DNA of 64,000 bases from a virus. Positions 18,329 through 27,252 of this stretch are shown here, piece after piece; the stretch's first letter is position 1; the number at the start of each line of letters is the position of its first letter. Made by a program: the position numbers and the translations under genes. The notes below the pieces were generated by a model that did no database searches, was not told the DNA's origin, and worked only from the letters and a program-made list of their open reading frames with translations. The stretch spans positions 1 to 64,000 of IMG/VR virus record IMGVR_UViG_3300009408_000002; one strand, written 5' to 3'.

Positions 18329-21270
18329 TTGTATTTCAGGAGCAGTTTCTCAAGTTCCCGCTGAAAGATCCGACAGATTTCGTTCTCCAGTCGCATGTGC
18401 GAGGAAAATCCAACCACATGGATTTTAGATTTGCTATTGACGGCAAAACTCTCGCTGGCTACACTCTCGTTGGAGTTGATGGGCTGAGTCGTGAGCCAGC
18501 AAACCTGGCTGAGGCGAAGAAGCTCATCAAGCCGGGTATCGAAATAGCTCTGAACCGTCTATCGGATCATTCAGGAAAAACCCGCGCAGAGCCGAAATCG
18601 ACCCAGCCTACGATATGGCTCAGGATCGGAGATCGGGAGTTCGCTCCCGGAGAGATCGGGGCCACGAAGAACAAGAAGGGCTGGATCATAACGCTGGAAA
18701 AAGCGAAGCTGAAGTTCGGCGCACAACTGAATGACTTCCACGAATACTGGGTCCAGGGCAGCAAGATCAAGGGAAGATTCCTCTTCCGACAGCTTGCCCA
18801 GAAAACAATGCGACCGTCTGGCGAAGATGCGCCGCCAGGAGAAGTCTTCTTCTGGAATGCATGGTTCGCAAAGTCACAGGTCCCGTTCGTCCTGTCCAAG
18901 CGTGCAGTTGATGAGCCCTACATCTCGCCGCGAGGAAGTTCTGCGCTCCCGGATGAGATCGAGAAACTCGTCCCCGAGAGATTCCGATATTGGAAGTTCA
19001 GCTCTGAGTCCAAGCGGCGTGCCGTGCGAGATGAACTGCGTGAGGCAATCAAGAGCAACGATGTGCCAATTGAGATATCGTTTTCTCAAGACGATCCACT
19101 CGAAGAGTTCGAGGCCACAAAACCGGGTCCTGGGCGGTTCTCTCTGCAGCGAAGAATCTTTCGCGGCCCTATCCAAGTTCGCGTTGGCCCAACCCGCCAG
19201 ATCTTCGATCTCCGAATCGCACTGGACAACGAAACACAGGCGCGTCATTTCGTCCTTGATCAAGATCCGCGCAAGAACTTCAAGTTGTCAGCGACACTTG
19301 AGGCCGCCACTGGCAAGGACAAGCTTGAGATCGGTCGAGGCGGGACCAAGAGAGTCGAACCGGGTACACGTCTCAATCCCAGCAAGAACACCCCCGCGTT
19401 TGTCGAGTTGCTCGACTCGGGGCCTGTCCGCCTGGCCAATGATTCGGGCATGGTCAAGATCTTTCGCTTTTCAGGGAAAACGCTCAATGCCCAGTTGGTA
19501 TTCACTAGGCAGGGCAAGACGAACGTATTCGGAGTTGCGCGAAGCAACGCCAGCAAGAAAGGTGACTCGATGACAGACCCCAGCATGAGGGGGCACGGAC
19601 CATATCCGTACAAGTCTCCGTACCCCTATCCTGCCGTCGCGAAGAAGGCCGCAGGGTCCAGTCCATACCCATACCCAACAACGGGAGATGGAAGCAGCAA
19701 GGTGATCAAGGTGATCGCTCGCCTGCTAGGACTCTCGGCTGTATCGGACGCTGACAAGGACAGGCTCAAGGCAATCCGCGACCGTGCGGGAAAGGGACAG
19801 CTTTCACCACGAGACATCGCGTTCGTCTCGGCGCTCCGCAAGAAGATGGGCATCAGCCTGTCGGATGGGACACCCTTCTCCTTCACTGCCGAGTTTCCTC
19901 ACTATCCATATGACACCAGCGAGTTTGCTGAGCGCTGTCCCGACCTGCAATGGCCGGTGTCGCTATGTGAGTTTGGCGAGGAGTGCCCCGCTGAAGGATC
20001 TGACAGGAAGGCTGCCTGCGAATGCAAGTTCGCGCAGGAATACGGCTGCCCGATCTTCCTGCAGGACATCACTCCTTGTTCCGCAGAGGAATTCGAGAAC
20101 GTCTCCAAGATGAAGGATGATCTTGGCATCGTTGATATGAAGGGGATCGAAATTGCAAGGACAGGTGAGTGGAATGGCATCCGATTCACCGAAAAGGATC
20201 TCGAAGAGATCGCAAGCAATTTCAATGCTCTGAAGGGCGAACTGGATGTTCCGCTCAAGCTGGGCCATCATGAAGAGCAGACGCTCCTGCACAATTCTGG
20301 CGAGCTGGCTGCAGGATGGGCCGATCGGCTCTATCGCCAGGGAAAGCGGCTGTTTGTCGATGCAAGTTCAGTCCCGAAACAAGTCTCGGAACTGATCAAA
20401 CGCCGTGCGTTCCGAAAGATCTCGATGGAGATGTTCAAGGACTTCGTGGATGCTTCTGGCAAGCGCGTAGGCAAGACACTGAAGGCGATCTCGCTGTTGG
20501 GATCAAGCACGCCCGCGATTCGCGGGATGAAAAATCTCGACGACGTACTAGCCCTATACCAGTCGGAACTGGGCGAAGGCGTTGTCCTCATCTGCTGTTC
20601 GGAGGATTCGATGGACGACAACGAAGAGAAGAAGAAGACCGCCGAGGGCGATCCGAATCCGTCGCAGGATGAGGAAATCGTCAAGCTGCGTGCGGAACTG
20701 GAGTCCCGCAAGGGAGAGCTTGAGGCCCTGAAGTCTCAGCAGGGCGTGCTCACCATGGCGCTCCAGGAGACCAGGATTCAGCGTGCCAAGGACGCAAACG
20801 AGTCGGCATACAAGAAGCTGCTCAGCGAGGGCAAGGTGCTCCCGCGACAGGAGGCTCGATTCAAGCTTCTGCTGGGTGCGATCGATGCGGTTGCGGATTC
20901 CGTGAATCCAGAGGGCATGTTCTTCTCGGAACTGACCTACGACAAGGAAGCGCAGAAATTCGCACTGAAGACTGGCGTGGGCGAGGACGGAAAGGATCAG
21001 TTCAGCCATGAGACGCTGAAGGATCTGTTCGTCAACTTTGTTGCGGACCTGGAGGATCAGGTCGATCTCAATGACAAGACGCACGACATGGATCCAGACG
21101 GCAATCGCAAGATCGAGAGCATCTCGACTGGCAGTGCTGGCGATCAACTGGAGAAGCTCGCGCAGGAGTTGATCACCAAGGACGACAAGCTGGACTACGG
21201 AGAGGCACTAGCCCGCGCTTCGCGGCAGATGGTGGAGAGCGGCATCGACATCAAGCTGCTCAATTCGTAA
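18325..21270 (+). CDS. LigD 3'-phosphoesterase-like domains (x2) fused to a Mu gpI-like prohead protease and scaffold
   Basis: FVLQSHVRGKSNHMDFRF (PE motif); IARTGEW...PLKLGH...AAGW...FRKISME...AISLLGSSTPAIRGM protease; coiled-coil scaffold tail. Confidence 0.82.
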   Translation: MIVFQEQFLKFPLKDPTDFVLQSHVRGKSNHMDFRFAIDGKTLAGYTLVGVDGLSREPANLAEAKKLIKPGIEIALNRLSDHSGKTRAEPKSTQPTIWLRIGDREFAPGEIGATKNKKGWIITLEKAKLKFGAQLNDFHEYWVQGSKIKGRFLFRQLAQKTMRPSGEDAPPGEVFFWNAWFAKSQVPFVLSKRAVDEPYISPRGSSALPDEIEKLVPERFRYWKFSSESKRRAVRDELREAIKSNDVPIEISFSQDDPLEEFEATKPGPGRFSLQRRIFRGPIQVRVGPTRQIFDLRIALDNETQARHFVLDQDPRKNFKLSATLEAATGKDKLEIGRGGTKRVEPGTRLNPSKNTPAFVELLDSGPVRLANDSGMVKIFRFSGKTLNAQLVFTRQGKTNVFGVARSNASKKGDSMTDPSMRGHGPYPYKSPYPYPAVAKKAAGSSPYPYPTTGDGSSKVIKVIARLLGLSAVSDADKDRLKAIRDRAGKGQLSPRDIAFVSALRKKMGISLSDGTPFSFTAEFPHYPYDTSEFAERCPDLQWPVSLCEFGEECPAEGSDRKAACECKFAQEYGCPIFLQDITPCSAEEFENVSKMKDDLGIVDMKGIEIARTGEWNGIRFTEKDLEEIASNFNALKGELDVPLKLGHHEEQTLLHNSGELAAGWADRLYRQGKRLFVDASSVPKQVSELIKRRAFRKISMEMFKDFVDASGKRVGKTLKAISLLGSSTPAIRGMKNLDDVLALYQSELGEGVVLICCSEDSMDDNEEKKKTAEGDPNPSQDEEIVKLRAELESRKGELEALKSQQGVLTMALQETRIQRAKDANESAYKKLLSEGKVLPRQEARFKLLLGAIDAVADSVNPEGMFFSELTYDKEAQKFALKTGVGEDGKDQFSHETLKDLFVNFVADLEDQVDLNDKTHDMDPDGNRKIESISTGSAGDQLEKLAQELITKDDKLDYGEALARASRQMVESGIDIKLLNS

Positions 21271-21312
21271 CCCTGGTCATACGCGACGACATAAGGAAAA
21301 AGGAGAAATTCA

Positions 21313-21696
21313 ATGTCCGACTCTCTGACGGACCCTGGGATTTTCCGGGCCGGGGAAGCTCTTGCGCTCGGGAACATCCTGACGATCGACATCACGCCTT
21401 CAGCCAAGACGGTCAAGCTGGCTGACGGTGCAGTGGATGAGCCGTTTGCCCTGGCAAAGGGTGTCAGCCTCAAGGATGCAGAGGCCAAGATTGCAACCGG
21501 TGACGGGAAGATGGTCAGATTTCTCCTGGGGGGCACTGTCACTAAGGGTGACACCCTCCAGCCTGGAACTGCGGCATCCAAAGGCAAGGCGGTCAAGGCT
21601 GCAACTTCCGGCAAGCTGGTGTTCGGGCGTGCCTTCGAATCCGGTGTAGACGGCGATATCGTCCTGGGCGAGATCGTTCGGTTCATTCTCCCCTAG
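21313..21696 (+). CDS. capsid decoration/cement protein (DUF2190-like)
   Basis: G/A-rich 127 aa, LGGTVTKGD, GRAFESGVDGDIV; lies between scaffold and capsid; AGGAG RBS. Confidence 0.7.
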   Translation: MSDSLTDPGIFRAGEALALGNILTIDITPSAKTVKLADGAVDEPFALAKGVSLKDAEAKIATGDGKMVRFLLGGTVTKGDTLQPGTAASKGKAVKAATSGKLVFGRAFESGVDGDIVLGEIVRFILP

Positions 21697-21718
21697 CCAC
21701 CCAGGAAAGGAGTAAATT

Positions 21719-22645
21719 ATGCCGATTCTGGACCGGAGCGAAGTCCACGTTGACGTACCGCTCACCAACCTGGCGATCCAACTCGCAGTGCCAGGGTTCG
21801 TGGCCGAGCAGATCGCGCCCATCGTGCCCGTCAAGAAGGAGTCCGATGTCTATTACGAGTTCAATCGTGAAGAGATCCGGGCCATCGATGACGGCGAAGG
21901 CGACCTCAAGGCCGATGGTGATGTCGCAGGGACGTTCCACTGGAAGCCGAAAGGCACTGTGCCATACGTGTGCGTCAAGCGCGCACAGAAAGACCTGATC
22001 ACCGATCGCCTCGTCGCAAATGAGGATGCACCGATCAAGGCTCGCCAGCGCACGATGAACAAGCTGGTGCTGTTCCTGCGAACGCAGCAGGAGATTCGTG
22101 TCACCAAGCTGATGACGGACATCGCGACTGTCGCATTCACGCCAGCCCCGCTGATTTGGACTGACCCCAGTGCAGAGATCGAGGAGGACGTGAAAGCCGC
22201 CAAGGAGGCGATCCGATCCGTCATCGGCGTCGAGCCCAACATGTTCGTCATGGGCAAGGCGGCAGAGAACGCCGTTGTCGATTTCCTGAAGGCGACCTCG
22301 GAGATCTCGATCGCAGAGCGCAGTCGTATCACCACGATCCCCGACACACTTTGGGGCATGAAGACTGTGGTCAGTGGTTCGATCAAGGACACGTCGGCTC
22401 GCGGCGCAACCGTCGAGGCGCTGTCCGATATCTGGCCATCGACCATCGCATTGCTGGCCTGGGTGAATCCGAGTCCTCCTGGACTGGAAGACATGTCTTT
22501 CGCATACATCCTTCGTCAGCAGGCCATGAAGGTTCGGACATGGCGTGATGAGGAGCGAGAGGCGAGCTGGATCGAGCCCGGATGGATCCAGACCGAGAAG
22601 TTGATCGAGCCTCGTGCCGGACACCTGATCACTGGCATCCTGTAG
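21719..22645 (+). CDS. major capsid protein (HK97 fold expected)
   Basis: VHVDVPLTNLAI..FVAEQIAPIVPVKKES, IGVEPNMFVMG, AGHLITGIL; position; strong RBS. Confidence 0.85.
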   Translation: MPILDRSEVHVDVPLTNLAIQLAVPGFVAEQIAPIVPVKKESDVYYEFNREEIRAIDDGEGDLKADGDVAGTFHWKPKGTVPYVCVKRAQKDLITDRLVANEDAPIKARQRTMNKLVLFLRTQQEIRVTKLMTDIATVAFTPAPLIWTDPSAEIEEDVKAAKEAIRSVIGVEPNMFVMGKAAENAVVDFLKATSEISIAERSRITTIPDTLWGMKTVVSGSIKDTSARGATVEALSDIWPSTIALLAWVNPSPPGLEDMSFAYILRQQAMKVRTWRDEEREASWIEPGWIQTEKLIEPRAGHLITGIL

Positions 22646-22663
22646 TATCGAGACGGCGAATTC

Positions 22664-23212
22664 GTGGGCCGCTATGTGACGATTGCCGCAGACTCCTTCC
22701 TGATCAAGTCGTTCTTGATTGATGAGGGGTCTGACGGCAAGACGCATGTTACTTCTGCAGAGGTTGCGTTCGCAGAGGAATGGGCATCAGATCACATAGA
22801 TGAAGCACTCGGAAAAACATTTCCGAAGCTCACGGATGTACCGGCAACACCAACACTGATAAAGCAGATCGCCCTGCTTCTTGCGTCGAGTTTTATCCGC
22901 CTCATGGTGCTTGCAGGAAACGCACCGAATGAGGACGAACACACAGACAAGATGCAGGCAATGGGCGACGGGATGCTCAGCAGCCTCGTCAAGGGAAAGA
23001 TCGGAATCCGGCTCGCTGACGGAACATTCGACCCAGACTTTCCTGGTCCGACCTTTCTTCAAGTTGATGATGCACCAGAAGAATCTGAACGTAGATTTTT
23101 CATACAACTGAATCGGACCTTCGAAGAGATGGAGCATCTCAATCAGATCGAAGCGCCTGAGACAGATGTGTTTACTGACAGCCTCTACATCGAGGACGGA
23201 TCAAGGAGCTAA
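22664..23212 (+). CDS. head-tail adaptor (Mu gp36/DUF1320-like)
   Basis: YVT...ASDHID..LG...P.LIKQIA...LSSLVKGKI; directly after the capsid gene. Confidence 0.65.
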   Translation: MGRYVTIAADSFLIKSFLIDEGSDGKTHVTSAEVAFAEEWASDHIDEALGKTFPKLTDVPATPTLIKQIALLLASSFIRLMVLAGNAPNEDEHTDKMQAMGDGMLSSLVKGKIGIRLADGTFDPDFPGPTFLQVDDAPEESERRFFIQLNRTFEEMEHLNQIEAPETDVFTDSLYIEDGSRS

Positions 23213-23214
23213 CC

Positions 23215-23670
23215 ATGGCCGGACCAGTATCCAGAGAAGACCTCCTGCGCAAGTACGGTCGGTTCGGAGCCAACAAGTTTGCGCTCTCAGACCTGATCGA
23301 TCACTTCATCGACAGGCGAAAGAAGATGATCTTCCTGCCGACTGTTCCGGTCGGCCCTGTAGCCTCTGGCACAGAGGTGACGTTCACCCTTCAGATCGCA
23401 GATGCGAACAGCGATCCGATCCACTTCCTGGACAAAGCCGAGTCCCTGAGCGTCACCTTCGTGCTAGATGGAGGATCGCTTGCAGGAACCATCGTCACGC
23501 CTCAGCCCGTGTCTTTCGTGCAGAAGCGCGTTGGCACGCTGCTGCTGCTTGAAGCCGTGTGCAAGGCCATGCCAGATGTCGCTGGCCCTGGGTCGCTGAT
23601 CCTTGGCCTGACTGACACTGGCGCAACTGGCCTGGATGTGACGGCACTTGGCTCCGTCGTGGTGAGCTAA
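23215..23670 (+). CDS. hypothetical virion protein (Ig-like beta domain likely)
   Basis: beta-rich; within the structural operon. Confidence 0.55.
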   Translation: MAGPVSREDLLRKYGRFGANKFALSDLIDHFIDRRKKMIFLPTVPVGPVASGTEVTFTLQIADANSDPIHFLDKAESLSVTFVLDGGSLAGTIVTPQPVSFVQKRVGTLLLLEAVCKAMPDVAGPGSLILGLTDTGATGLDVTALGSVVVS

Positions 23671-23675
23671 CAGAT

Positions 23676-25247
23676 ATGTCTGGCTTCGTTCAGTACCTGA
23701 AGCGTTATCTCGGGGACCTGCACAACCGGAAAGCTCTTGTCGATACGTTTGTGGATGTGGCCGGAGATTCCATGCTTGGGTTTTTCCAGCTTGAGGCCCT
23801 CGCTACTGATCCGACACCGGGCAAGGTTGGTCGCATCTGGCTCAACTCGACGACCGATTCCATCAAATATGACGATGGCACGGCGGTGAAGGATCTTCTC
23901 ACGTTCGTTGCGCCTCACACTCACACCTCTGACGAGGTGACGAATCTCAGCGGGGTTGCTGGGCCGACAGTTACCTCCGCTCTGGACACCCTGGCTGGAC
24001 TTGTCCCTCCGGCTGCACCAGTGTCTTCAGTGTTTGGGCGAACTGGTGCGGTGGCATCGGTGCTTGGTGACTACGCTGCGTCGCTGGTGTCCAATGACAG
24101 CACTGTGGCAGGTGCGACAGTCAAGGCTGCTCTGGACTCACTGGCTGGTAGTTCTGGAACGCCGGGCGGCGTTGACACGAATGTGCAGTTCAATAGCGCA
24201 GGTTCCTTTGCTGGAGACTCTGGACTGACATATGCCGGATCGGGAGGAAGGTTCAGTATAGTCAACGACGGGTTGAATACGGAGATCGTAATCAGGTCAT
24301 TCAATAGCATATCTCCTGGAGCAGCAGTCAGATTCCGGGGGGACAGATCAAGGGGTTCCCTAGCGGCTCCTCTTGACCTTCTGTCAGGCGATGCAATCCT
24401 TTTCATTGATGGGGCTCCGTATAGTTCTGCGGGCGGCGGTTTCGTGACCGGGGCGGCCATCATCGCTGAACAAGACGGCCCGAGCGCACTTGTCCCGCCA
24501 ACTCGATGGAGATTTACGACAGGCAATGGAGCCACAACTCTAGAGGCCCTGCGAATCAACTCCAGTCAGCAGATCCTGGCCTCGACGCTGGGGTCTGCAG
24601 CGCTTCCTGCCATTGCAAACCTGTCCTTCCCGACAACCGGCCTGTACTGGTCTGCTGGTCCAGAGATCCTGATGTCTATTGCGGGACTGTCAGTCGCAAG
24701 GTTTTACGCCAATGGAATTTCAATCGGAACGGCCTCCCCGTTCATTGGTTTTAGTCCCGATTCCGTCCTGGAGCTGAACAGCCTGCGTAACACTAGGATA
24801 GCTAATTACCCCACTGGTGGAGGTCAGGGTCTGTATCAGGCATTCGTATCCAACGGGACGCCAACCGCAAGAACTAATGTTATTGCCGGCCAGGAACTCA
24901 TGACTTTCAATTTACTTGGATGGTTTGGAGGTTCTTACAGGGTAGCCGTCAATGTGATAACAAAGGTTGGAACAGGGGCTGTCAGTGCCACCTCAATGCC
25001 GGGGCGCTGGCAGGTTCTCACGAGTCCTGACGGATCCATCTCTCCATCGCTCATGATTGATGTTGACGGATCAAAGATCGGACTTCACGGTTCTACTCCA
25101 GTGGCACAAAATACAGGCTGGTCTGTCACGTCGCTGACACCACTAAAGACTTATGATCAGGCCACAGCGTCTCTCGTTGTCGTCAAGAAGGTGCTCGGGA
25201 CGCTCATTGAAGGCGTCTTGAAACTGAGAGGGGACATAGCGGCATGA
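23676..25247 (+). CDS. fibre-like virion protein
   Basis: VSSVFGRTGAV..GDY, NVQFNSAGSFAG, and two S(R/N)G(S/T)..A....(S/A)G(D/Q) fibre repeats; G/S/T/A-rich. Confidence 0.7.
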   Translation: MSGFVQYLKRYLGDLHNRKALVDTFVDVAGDSMLGFFQLEALATDPTPGKVGRIWLNSTTDSIKYDDGTAVKDLLTFVAPHTHTSDEVTNLSGVAGPTVTSALDTLAGLVPPAAPVSSVFGRTGAVASVLGDYAASLVSNDSTVAGATVKAALDSLAGSSGTPGGVDTNVQFNSAGSFAGDSGLTYAGSGGRFSIVNDGLNTEIVIRSFNSISPGAAVRFRGDRSRGSLAAPLDLLSGDAILFIDGAPYSSAGGGFVTGAAIIAEQDGPSALVPPTRWRFTTGNGATTLEALRINSSQQILASTLGSAALPAIANLSFPTTGLYWSAGPEILMSIAGLSVARFYANGISIGTASPFIGFSPDSVLELNSLRNTRIANYPTGGGQGLYQAFVSNGTPTARTNVIAGQELMTFNLLGWFGGSYRVAVNVITKVGTGAVSATSMPGRWQVLTSPDGSISPSLMIDVDGSKIGLHGSTPVAQNTGWSVTSLTPLKTYDQATASLVVVKKVLGTLIEGVLKLRGDIAA

Positions 25248-25756
25248 GCTGGCATGACATAGCAGGAAGTAGGCCGGCCCCGATTCATTCCTGGTTTGCA
25301 AATGATGCATTCCTTCCATCAGCCGCTCCTGCTGGGTCTGTTTCGAGGAACGAGCGGGTTCTCCTGGCCTTCGACCAGTCCATTGCTGAATCTGCCGTCT
25401 TTTCTGGCAGGATGCCAGCGCATTACATGAGCGGAGGACTCAGCGTAGAAATCGCGTGGGTAGCCAGTGGAGCAATCGTTGGCGATGCAGTCTGGAGCGT
25501 GGCGATCGAGCGAATCGACGCGGGCATACAGAATCTCGACGCTGATGGTTTCGCGGCCTCTCAGTCTGTTACAACGACAACGCCGGGTACTGACGGCGTG
25601 ACAGTAAGATCTGTGATTGCATTTACGCAGGCTCAGGCGGACGGCCTTGTGGCTGGCGATGCGTTTAGGCTAAAGGTTACTCGTGACGCCCCGAACGCTT
25701 CGGACACCCTGGCTGCTGATGCACAGATCCTCTTAGTCGCAATGGAGGAGGTCTAA
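25244..25756 (+). CDS. hypothetical virion protein (beta-sandwich)
   Basis: coupled ORF; LAFD...AGDAFRLKVTRDA..DTL..DA. Confidence 0.65.
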   Translation: MSWHDIAGSRPAPIHSWFANDAFLPSAAPAGSVSRNERVLLAFDQSIAESAVFSGRMPAHYMSGGLSVEIAWVASGAIVGDAVWSVAIERIDAGIQNLDADGFAASQSVTTTTPGTDGVTVRSVIAFTQAQADGLVAGDAFRLKVTRDAPNASDTLAADAQILLVAMEEV

Positions 25757-26262
25757 TGGGTCGTTCCGCACAACTCTGGCAACCGCCTGACCTAAACCTC
25801 GGTCAGTGGATCGGCAATGGCGCCGGACTGTTCGCTAACGCTGGATCAGGATTTGAGCGTGGCTTTTCGCCCGTTGCAAACGATGAGCTTCTGGCACAGG
25901 TAGCACTGAGCTGGGCTGGAATTCCGTATGACGGTTCGTCTACGCGACTCAGACTGTTTAGTGAGCCATTTCAAACGGCTCCTGGCGCAGGAGACAATGT
26001 AATCTGGGAAGTTGATTACGCGCTGATTCCTGCAGATGGAACAGTGGACGCGGAGACAATAGTGACAGGCACCCTCTCGGACACAATAGATATCTCTGCC
26101 AGGACAGCGAACAGGCTCTACCAAGACGCACTTTCGTCAATCCCTGGCGTAATCGGCGCAGAGATCCTGAATCTGACACTCAGAAGAAAATCAAGCGGTG
26201 GTGGTTCGGACACGTTCTCCGACTTCATTGACATTCATGCTATTGCGCTGGAGCGAGTCTAA
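25756..26262 (+). CDS. hypothetical virion protein (distantly similar to the preceding ORF)
   Basis: GDNVIWEV vs GDAVWSV; LTLRR..SDTF vs LKVTR..SDTL. Confidence 0.6.
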   Translation: MGRSAQLWQPPDLNLGQWIGNGAGLFANAGSGFERGFSPVANDELLAQVALSWAGIPYDGSSTRLRLFSEPFQTAPGAGDNVIWEVDYALIPADGTVDAETIVTGTLSDTIDISARTANRLYQDALSSIPGVIGAEILNLTLRRKSSGGGSDTFSDFIDIHAIALERV

Positions 26263-26537
26263 TGGCCAAGAATCCGGTGGGCCTGCCTGGAACAAAGAGG
26301 AGCTTCTGGTTTGACACTGGGCTTACCGACGGTAACGGGAACGTCTCCTTCACAACCCCAGCAAACCAGAAAGATCCAGCGATAGTATATCTTCAGGCCC
26401 ACCATGCAACGCTAGCCTTATTTGGTGTCGTTCAGTCTGTGGCCGGCAACACTATCACTGCAATCGTCTACGATCATTCAGGCGTTATCGCCCCGGTCGG
26501 GACTCGTCTGGATGTTTTCACGATCACAATCGAATAA
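26262..26537 (+). CDS. hypothetical virion protein
   Basis: TAATG coupling. Confidence 0.55.
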   Translation: MAKNPVGLPGTKRSFWFDTGLTDGNGNVSFTTPANQKDPAIVYLQAHHATLALFGVVQSVAGNTITAIVYDHSGVIAPVGTRLDVFTITIE

Positions 26538-26640
26538 GGCGGGAGTGAAATAGACGTCAGAGCGAAAACGCTTCATCGCAGCAGGCGAGGTTTCATCTTC
26601 CGTTCGACAAGCCTAAACGAAAACACCGGAGAGCACATCA

Positions 26641-27198
26641 ATGGTTCACAGAGAGCACTTATTCGCAGCCGGGCAGGAATACTATGACGGTAACACCGGC
26701 GTGCAGGACGTGAATCTTGCTCGCATCGCATCGGGCAGTGACAATCCAAGCGAAAAGGTCTGCTCCTTCATGGTGGTTCGTGGGAAGTTGGTTGCCGGAG
26801 TCTTTGAAGCTCACCTTGCTCCAATCAATGTCGCATACGTCAACAGGGGAGGAGGGGCATTGTCTTCGATTCAAGGTGATGGCCTGACACCGAATACAGT
26901 AACGGTGACAGCCACCAGTCATGGCCTTGCAACGGGTTATCGAATCGATGTGACTGGAACCACAAACTACAATGGCGCGGATCTTCAAGTGACCGTTGTC
27001 GATCAGGACACCTTTACGTATCAGACTTCGCTACACACACAGTCTGGTCAAGAGATGGCGGGGACTATCGCCGGCAAAAATTATGATCACCTGATGGGTG
27101 ATGCCGCAAAGACTCGCGTCCAGATAGAGGATCAAATCTATCAGGATCTTGTTCTGACTGGTAAGGTCAATCCCGGAACGCAGCAAGATGTCGTCTAG
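26641..27198 (+). CDS. virion protein with an E1-FCCH-like beta module
   Basis: VTVTATSHGLATG..I.VTG...YNG...VTVVDQDTFTY. Confidence 0.6.
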   Translation: MVHREHLFAAGQEYYDGNTGVQDVNLARIASGSDNPSEKVCSFMVVRGKLVAGVFEAHLAPINVAYVNRGGGALSSIQGDGLTPNTVTVTATSHGLATGYRIDVTGTTNYNGADLQVTVVDQDTFTYQTSLHTQSGQEMAGTIAGKNYDHLMGDAAKTRVQIEDQIYQDLVLTGKVNPGTQQDVV

Positions 27199-27252
27199 GG
27201 GCTAGCGTACACTCCGATCACACAGGCGACCAGTCTAAGAGGAGGATGGAAG

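Noticed and set aside
15046-21270. Calling the head-module enzymes a canonical Ku-LigD NHEJ system
   Set aside because: No Ku and no AEP-type polymerase domain was seen; the domains are split across two head-associated polyproteins
21683-22747. Long antisense ORFs opposite the capsid gene (also opposite the TMP, AAA and KaiC genes)
   Set aside because: Shadow ORFs expected from codon bias in GC-rich genes; no motifs or RBS
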